A DNA stretch of 64,000 bases. Source: Selaginella moellendorffii (Eukaryota > Plantae > Lycopodiophyta). This document shows, in pieces, positions 57,646 to 64,000 of this stretch; within the stretch, counting starts at the first letter, position 1; every line of letters begins with the position of its first letter. The stretch lies in assembly GCF_000143415.4 (NCBI RefSeq), contig NW_003314268.1, forward strand, positions 1,002,072-1,066,071, in the 5' to 3' direction. The notes under the pieces were generated by a model. It did not search any database. It was not told the origin of the DNA and saw nothing but the letters and a program-made list of their open reading frames with translations. Made by a program: the position numbers and the translations under genes.

Positions 57646-58457
57646 AGGCAAAATGATTTATAAATAAAATATAAATGAGACAAAACAGATATAAAGCTAT
57701 AATATATAAATAAAAAATACATATAACTCAATATATTATTCTAAATGAACAAATAAACGAACACAACGAAAAAATAATATAGTATACACAAGGTACAACA
57801 TGAATATGGAAATTCCTGTCCTACAAATTTCAGCTTACCAAATAACACAAGAAAAATACAAATAGTATATAAAATATTACATTTAAAAAAGAAAATAGCA
57901 ATTGAAATAACACAAAAAATAGCAACGGAAAATGGACTAGTAAATGGAGCAGATGGAGTATTATAAAATGTAACCCATATCAAAGAAGAAAACATAATAG
58001 ATAGAATCCCCAAATATAGAAACAGGTGAAAAAACAAAAGCTAAAGAGTAAATAAAAATAATTTTAAAAAACAAGATACCAATAAGAAAAGTAACAAGAA
58101 TAATAAATATTGCTAAAATCCAAAATTATGTTTTAAACAGAACCCACCATATGTAGGAAGAATAATACACAGAGCTTAAGGATCAACAGTAAAACAATTA
58201 GAATATGACCTGTATAAAACAAAATATCAAAGACAAGCATATATAACATTATCAAGAGCACAAACATTAGAGGTAATAAAGATGCAGCTAAAGACATAAT
58301 AAGAATGACAACAGAAGCACCATGGCAAATTAATTTAATAGATTTACAAAAAGAGAAAAAATCTAACCGAACTAATACAAGTTTTAAATATAACATCTGT
58401 TACAGCATATCAAGAAGATATAAAGAGTGTTTCAAAATTATTAACATTAAATATAAT

Positions 58458-58493
<36 letters not shown>

Positions 58494-60017
58494 ACCCATA
58501 TAGCAATATTTCATACAAATGACTATAAATCAGAAAAAGTAAAACATTTAAAAACAGAAAAAATGGCAATGTCATATATATCACTAGTGAAAAATAATAA
58601 ATAAATACAAATACTAAATTTACATAGAAAACCTGGAACAATTATATAAATATTTATAAAATAACTACATATGTATATATATATAAAATAATTACAGGAA
58701 ATTTCAATATTGACTATCAAAATGAAGAAGCAAAACCAATGGAGATATATATAAATAATAAAAGACAATACACATTATAAGAAACTAATAGATCATATGT
58801 GGATAAAAGATATAATGAAGTAGTACCAGCATACTGGACAGATCAAAACAAATTATATAGTAAAAAATATTTAAAAAAAAAAAAACAAAACAAGCATTGC
58901 TGCAACACAATGTACAGCAATTTATTTTGTGTTGCTGATTACGCAAACTGTTATAAATGGGAGAGTTTGAGAATATTCACAAAATATTATTATTCTATAG
59001 CGGGGATTTAATGTGCTAGGGCTGGCGGCCGGACGAGGCCGTGATCTGCAACATAATTGAATGTTTATAATGTTAAACCTTTTTACTATGTAACATTTAT
59101 TCCTTGGAGAAACTACATGGTTAACTAAACCAAAGATAACTGGTCATCTAGCACCAACTTGAGGAACACCCAATTGCTGGTCTGACGAATGAGCCTAGCA
59201 GCTCATCTAGACAAAAGTGGGATGAATCTAGTTGCCATAAAACTTAGGCCAGGGCATTGAGATGGAACAGCTGTTTGCAGGGTGACAGCCCAACAGTGGA
59301 AAGAAGAGTGGGATGAGGGATCCTTGTCCTCGCAGTTGAGCAAAAACTGGATGTATGCGGATCCATCATACACGTGGTGCTCTCTCTCCAGGAGTGCAGA
59401 TGAAAGGTATGTGGATTATATTGCCCAGCTCCTGTTCGACGATCTGCTGCCTCCACCTTAATTGTCTTGGGAAATCACAGCTTTGATAGCAGCTGAGACA
59501 CTAGATAGACGGAGAGCGGAGAGGGCAAAGCCGTACATACTTGGAGCGGAAGATGGACTGGTGGTTCTATATTAATCATAGATTAATATAAGTAATTTGA
59601 ATTATATCCAAATCTGAACAAACCATAAACCTGTAGACCAAGTCAATGTTTTGAACGAGGATTTGACTTGACCATTGAATAGTCAAGCACGTTCACACAG
59701 GTTAGCAAGCTACGTACAGCACGCATTACTTTTTTGAAGCTTCTATGATTCTCCCACTGATTCCTTCATGCAGGCTTTGTGTGTCAACATCCTTGAAATT
59801 TAAACATTTCCGCTCCCGCAAAGATGGGAAGGACCATTTCAACGTAGCACTCGCGTGCTCTGGATGTTAGATTGACAATCTCAATCCTATTGCAACAAAA
59901 ACTTGGTGAAAGAAACCGAAACCCCTCGTTCGATTTGATTAGAACTTACATGAGAGGAGAGATTGATCATCTCATCCACAACAAAACCTCTTTATGATCA
60001 GTAATCAGTCACGAATT

Positions 60018-60417
60018 CTAGCAGCAGCAGCAAGAGCAGCGGCAGCAGCAGCAATCGTCCTTTGGCTTGGGCTTTTCCACCTTGATCTCCTGGACGGATT
60101 CCACAGAAATACACTTGCGTTTCTTCTCGGTGGCCTTGAGGATGTCGTCCACCTTGAAATCACCCGTGAAGGTGTAAAGGGGATCGTTAACCTCCACTTT
60201 CTTCACACCTGCAAGAGAAGATCTCTTGATCAGCGATCAAAATTTGGGAGAATTTGCGGAAATCCACACTCACCGGAGACGCCGTGATAGATCTGAGACA
60301 TCATCCTGTCCTTGCATTTGTTGCAAGAGTCCACTTTCAAGACAACCTGCAGCACAGGGCTCGAGATCAAACAAGGCTCAACGAAATCAGAGACGCAATG
60401 CTCACCTTCCAAGCCAT
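60018..60417 (-). CDS. Small HMA-domain protein with poly-Cys tail (copy C3)
   Basis: MAWK|VVLKVDSCNKCKDRMMSQIYHGVSG|...KPKPKDDCCCCRCSCCCC*. Splice sites are intact. Confidence 0.85.
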
Positions 60418-60889
60418 CTTGATTGTCTACGAATTTGCAGATCACAGTTGTGAAATTCGCAGCTTTGACAAGCTTGAGACACTAGATACGGAATGAAGAG
60501 GGCCCTGCTGCTGACTGGGGAGACGTCATGAATTTATATCCGAGCAGCAGTCGGATGGAATGCTTTCCACTCGTTTTACGCGGAAAGTTTCCCGTAGAAA
60601 TTGCCGCGTGGAAGCCGTCTTTGTATGTACGATGAATCCCGCGCACGTTCGTAAAGAGAAAACGTTTTTTTTATTATAATACTTTTTATATCGAGTTTGG
60701 CGCCAAAGCCCTAATTGTTTGAACAGAAATGTAGGGTTTGATCGCTGGCGTGCAAGACCTTGCGCGCTCACACCGCCTGGATCGGCACTGTTGTCGTGCG
60801 GTGGAAGATCGCCCCCAATTCGACAACCAGGGCGTCATGATCCAGAAGGAGCGCCGCTCGAATCTGTGGCAAGCACGAAACAAAGAACA

Positions 60890-62070
60890 AGGCCAGAGAA
60901 CTCTTCCGTTCCTGGCCGAGGTTGCCAAACTTTCCTTCTTCTTTCTTCTATGAAGATGGAGATGGAGCTCCAATCTCTCTCCATCATCTAACCATCCTTC
61001 TAGCGATGGAACACACTCACTTATTCCATCCAGAAACCTTAAAAACATCATAGTCCGCATGGATAATTAAGAGGGCGAGACCGATCGACAAGCTATAGGA
61101 GTAATGTTGTACAGCTGCTGATGACGTGGCGATGATCATCCTCAAGTCAGCATGGAAATCCTACTCCGCAGGGAATTGCTCCTGTCGAGAGAGTTAACTC
61201 ACCAATGTAGGCCGTGGGCTTGGCAGCGAGGCTCGAGGTTTTGCCATAGACCGATCCAGCTCTCCAGACGTGATGAAGTACGCTCCATTCAGGAACAAGT
61301 TCTTCTCGGATCTCCCGTGCCAGCTCTTCCAGATTGATTTCTCAGTGTACTCTCGCTTTATGATCAAACATCAGTTTTGTAGCCTATACAAAGAAAAAGT
61401 TCAAAAAAGCTTTACCTCTTTCGAGTTTTTGCAAAGAATGTATTGCCTTCGGCGTTAATTGTGGGATTTGGGCTGCCTCCAATGATGTGTATCTTCCATT
61501 CATTTAGTTGTAGCTTTATGATATTAGCATTTGTGTAGTCATGGTTGACGACGTGGAAGTATCCGTGTCGTGTCGGCATCTACCAAAGCAAAAGAAGAAA
61601 ACGAAATCCAGTTTAGAAAAGCCAAACCCGTGCGCAAAGAAAGCAAAAGCATGAGGCTGACCTCGGCATTCTTTCGACTAAACCCTGTTTAAAGTGATTA
61701 TAAGCTACAGTCACTTGCATTGCCCGGTCCGCAGTGTAATCGTCGTTGTGTCCCAGGAGCATCCAAAGCGTGAAAAAAACCAGTTACGATACCAGAAAAA
61801 GACACAAGAACACACAAGAAAACTTCAAGATGATCCACAGCGGATCATGCCGTAGCGCAGCGTGCCGGGCTTGGGATTCACTGGGTTTTCGTCGCACAAA
61901 GTAGATCTCCCCGTTCTTACCCCCGAGGCCAAATCCTCGCGCATTCAGCCAAGCGTTTGCGATTGTTGTGCCAGTTTGGGTCGCAGCGCCAGCAGTCGTC
62001 GATCGGATTGCCGCTGCTACCACAACAGAACGCTACCTCCGAGAAAGAAACAAACAAACCCGGAGTGAGT
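60890..62070 (-). pseudogene. Inverted, deleted pectate lyase pseudogene
   Basis: Reverse-complement match to ~47560-49350 with introns retained and many deletions and frameshifts. Confidence 0.88.
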
Positions 62071-62189
62071 TGAAACTTTGCTCGATCTCCTCCACCTCCG
62101 GGCAGCGCTCCAAAGATTCAGATAGTGTAGTCCAAAGACGAGGAAAAACAAAGCCAAGAAAATGTGGGTGGGTTTCTAGGCTATAGTTT

Positions 62190-62490
62190 ATTATGGATGA
62201 GCAAGAGGAGCAGCAAGATGCGGAGGACGCGCTCGTCCTCTTCCCAGCGCCAGCGCTAGCAGACCTTGTGGAGGCGCGCGATGACGCTGGAGATGGCGTC
62301 GTGGACGTAATCGCAGAGGTGGAGCTCCACGCCGTTCCCTGGTTGTCGAATTGGGGGCGATCTTCCACCGGCGGCCATCGCACGAAGCAAGCCGATCTAG
62401 GAGGTGTGAGCGTGCCAGGCCTTGCAGACCGTCAGCAACAAAAGGAGATTGAGAGCGTGGTACCGGAAGATCTGGAGGAAGCGCTCCAAG
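62190..62490 (-). pseudogene. F-box gene fragment
   Basis: The minus frame reads FLQIFRYHALNLLLLLTVCKAWH then a stop, fitting the F-box consensus ..IF..L....L....VCK.W. Related pieces lie at ~53050, ~55960 and ~60745. Confidence 0.5.
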
Positions 62491-62565
62491 AAAGAGATTT
62501 CTTTCAAAAAATTATGACAAATTTGAAAAACTCAGTTGGCGGTCAATTGGCGCCAAAATCCAAAA

Positions 62566-62650
62566 TGGGGTGAGAGAGGCTCGAACTCTCGACCTCAGGA
62601 TTTCTCAGGAGCTATGAGACCTACGCGCTGACCAACTGTGCCACCACCTC
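62566..62650 (-). tRNA. Elongator tRNA-Met(CAT) with 11-nt intron, possibly decaying
   Basis: GAGGTGGTGGCACAGTTGGTCAGCGCGTAGGTCTCATA-gctcctgagaa-ATCCTGAGGTCGAGAGTTCGAGCCTCTCTCACCCCA followed by a TTTT terminator. Confidence 0.9.
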
Positions 62651-62977
62651 TTCTAGAAACTTCTTATATAATTATAAGTCAAACCGTGCATTTTATTTTT
62701 CATCAGATTCATTGGACGTAAGTTCAAGCAAGGACGCCTTCCACGCGGCAATTCCTATGCGAAACTTTAAGCGGAAAACCGAGTGGAAAGCATTCCATCT
62801 GACTGGAAATCTTGCGTCGCACGTTACTCGGGTATAAATTCATGACGTCTCCCCAGTCAGCAGCAGGGCCCTCTTCTCTTCTGCTTCTCCGTCTCTCCGA
62901 CTCTCGTGGATATTGGTATCGCTTGTCAAAGAGCTGCGAATCCGTGATCTTCTCGATCAAATTCGTAGACAATTAAG

Positions 62978-63391
62978 ATGGCTTGGAAGGTGAGCATTGC
63001 GTCTGGCTGATTTCGTTGATTGTTTGATCTCGAGCTCTGCGCTGTAGGTTGTCTTGAAAGTGGACTCTTGCAACAAATGCAAGGACAAGATTATGTCTCA
63101 GATCTATCACGGCGTCTCCGGTGAGTGTACATTTCCGCGAATTCTCCCAAATTTCGATGCTGTGATCGCTGAACAAGAGATCTTCATGCTCTTGCAGGTG
63201 TGAAGAAAGTTGAGGTTAAAGATCCCCTTTACACCTTCACAGGTGATTTCAAGGTGGACGACATCCTCAAGGCCATCGAGAAGAAACGGAAGTGTATATC
63301 TGTGGAATCCGTCCAGGAGATCAAGGTGGAAAAGCCCAAGCCGAAGCCAAAGGACGATTGCTGCTGCTGCTGCTCCTGCTCCTGCTGCTAG
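62978..63391 (+). CDS. Small HMA-domain protein with poly-Cys tail (copy C4). Exons 62978-62989, 63048-63120, 63198-63391
   Basis: MAWK|VVLKVDSCNKCKDKIMSQIYHGVSG|...KDDCCCCCSCSCC*. Confidence 0.87.
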
Positions 63392-64000
63392 AATTCCGGA
63401 CTGATGACTGACGATAAAGAGTTTTGTTGTGGATGAGATGATCGATCTCTCCTCTGTGTTTTCCTTGTAATCAATTTCGAACGAGTGTTTAACGTAGAGC
63501 ACCAGATCATTCAGTTTCTTTCACCAAATTTTTGTTGCAATAGGATTGAGATTGTCGATCTAACATCCGGAGCACGCGAGTGCTACGTTGAAATGGTCCT
63601 TCCCATCTTTGCGTTTAAATTTCAAATATGTTGACACATAAAGCCTGCATGAAGGAATCATTCGACACAAAAAGTAATGCGAGTTGCTGTAGATTGCTGG
63701 CTATAGGCCAGGTAGACGACGTGTGTGAACGTCGTGCTCGTGTCAAGTCAAGTCCCCGTTCATAAGCATTGACTTTGACATGGACTTCTGAGATATTTCT
63801 GTCCAGTGGCAGTACAATGAGTTGTATATATATTTTATGTGATTGTATGGATACAAAACCATGTCCATCCCAGATATCCCACTGAAAACAACCTCTAGGC
63901 TCCATCAGTGTCCCTATTGTATTAACAGGGAGCTAACCCTAGGTCAACCATAAAATATTTTTGGAATATTCCTATGCTTCTGCCATTTTAGAATATAAAT

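Larger units (their letters stand above)
51955..63800. repeat. Segmental duplication array: three direct copies (starting ~51955, ~54850, ~59640) and one inverted copy (~62730-63800) of a ~1-kb HMA-gene block, with mosaic spacers
   Basis: Near-identical introns and flanks, e.g. accatttcaacgtagcactcgc at ~52125, ~55003 and ~59833, and reverse-complemented at ~63575. Confidence 0.92.

Noticed and set aside
62193-62573. 126-aa acidic ORF on the + strand
   Set aside because: It is best explained as the antisense shadow of the F-box fragment.

Overview
Gene-dense plant nuclear DNA with very short (~50-100 nt) introns. The gene style and content suggest the lycophyte Selaginella (inference). In order: AT-rich retroelement debris (1-6.7 kb), a frameshifted GDSL lipase, a MITE, tRNA-Gln, a 2OG dioxygenase, a TRF-like Myb gene, a polygalacturonase, a peroxisomal 4CL-like ligase head-to-head with RPN11, a double-headed Bowman-Birk inhibitor, a secreted unknown-domain/bulb-lectin fusion, two HMA-domain genes flanking a zinc-knuckle ORF, a second 4CL-like ligase, an RNF170-like RING gene, a BPM pseudogene, SEC23, a decayed Ty3/Gypsy element, a pectate lyase and NTH1. 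The last 12 kb are tandem and inverted segmental duplications. They carry four intact copies of a ~92-aa HMA-domain protein with a poly-cysteine tail, embedded in scrambled fragments of pectate lyase, NTH1 and an F-box gene, plus an intron-containing tRNA-Met. The most notable signal is the six-member HMA/Pro-Lys linker/poly-Cys gene family. The ORF track misses it because of micro-exons. Exon boundaries were read by eye, and no database searches were run.
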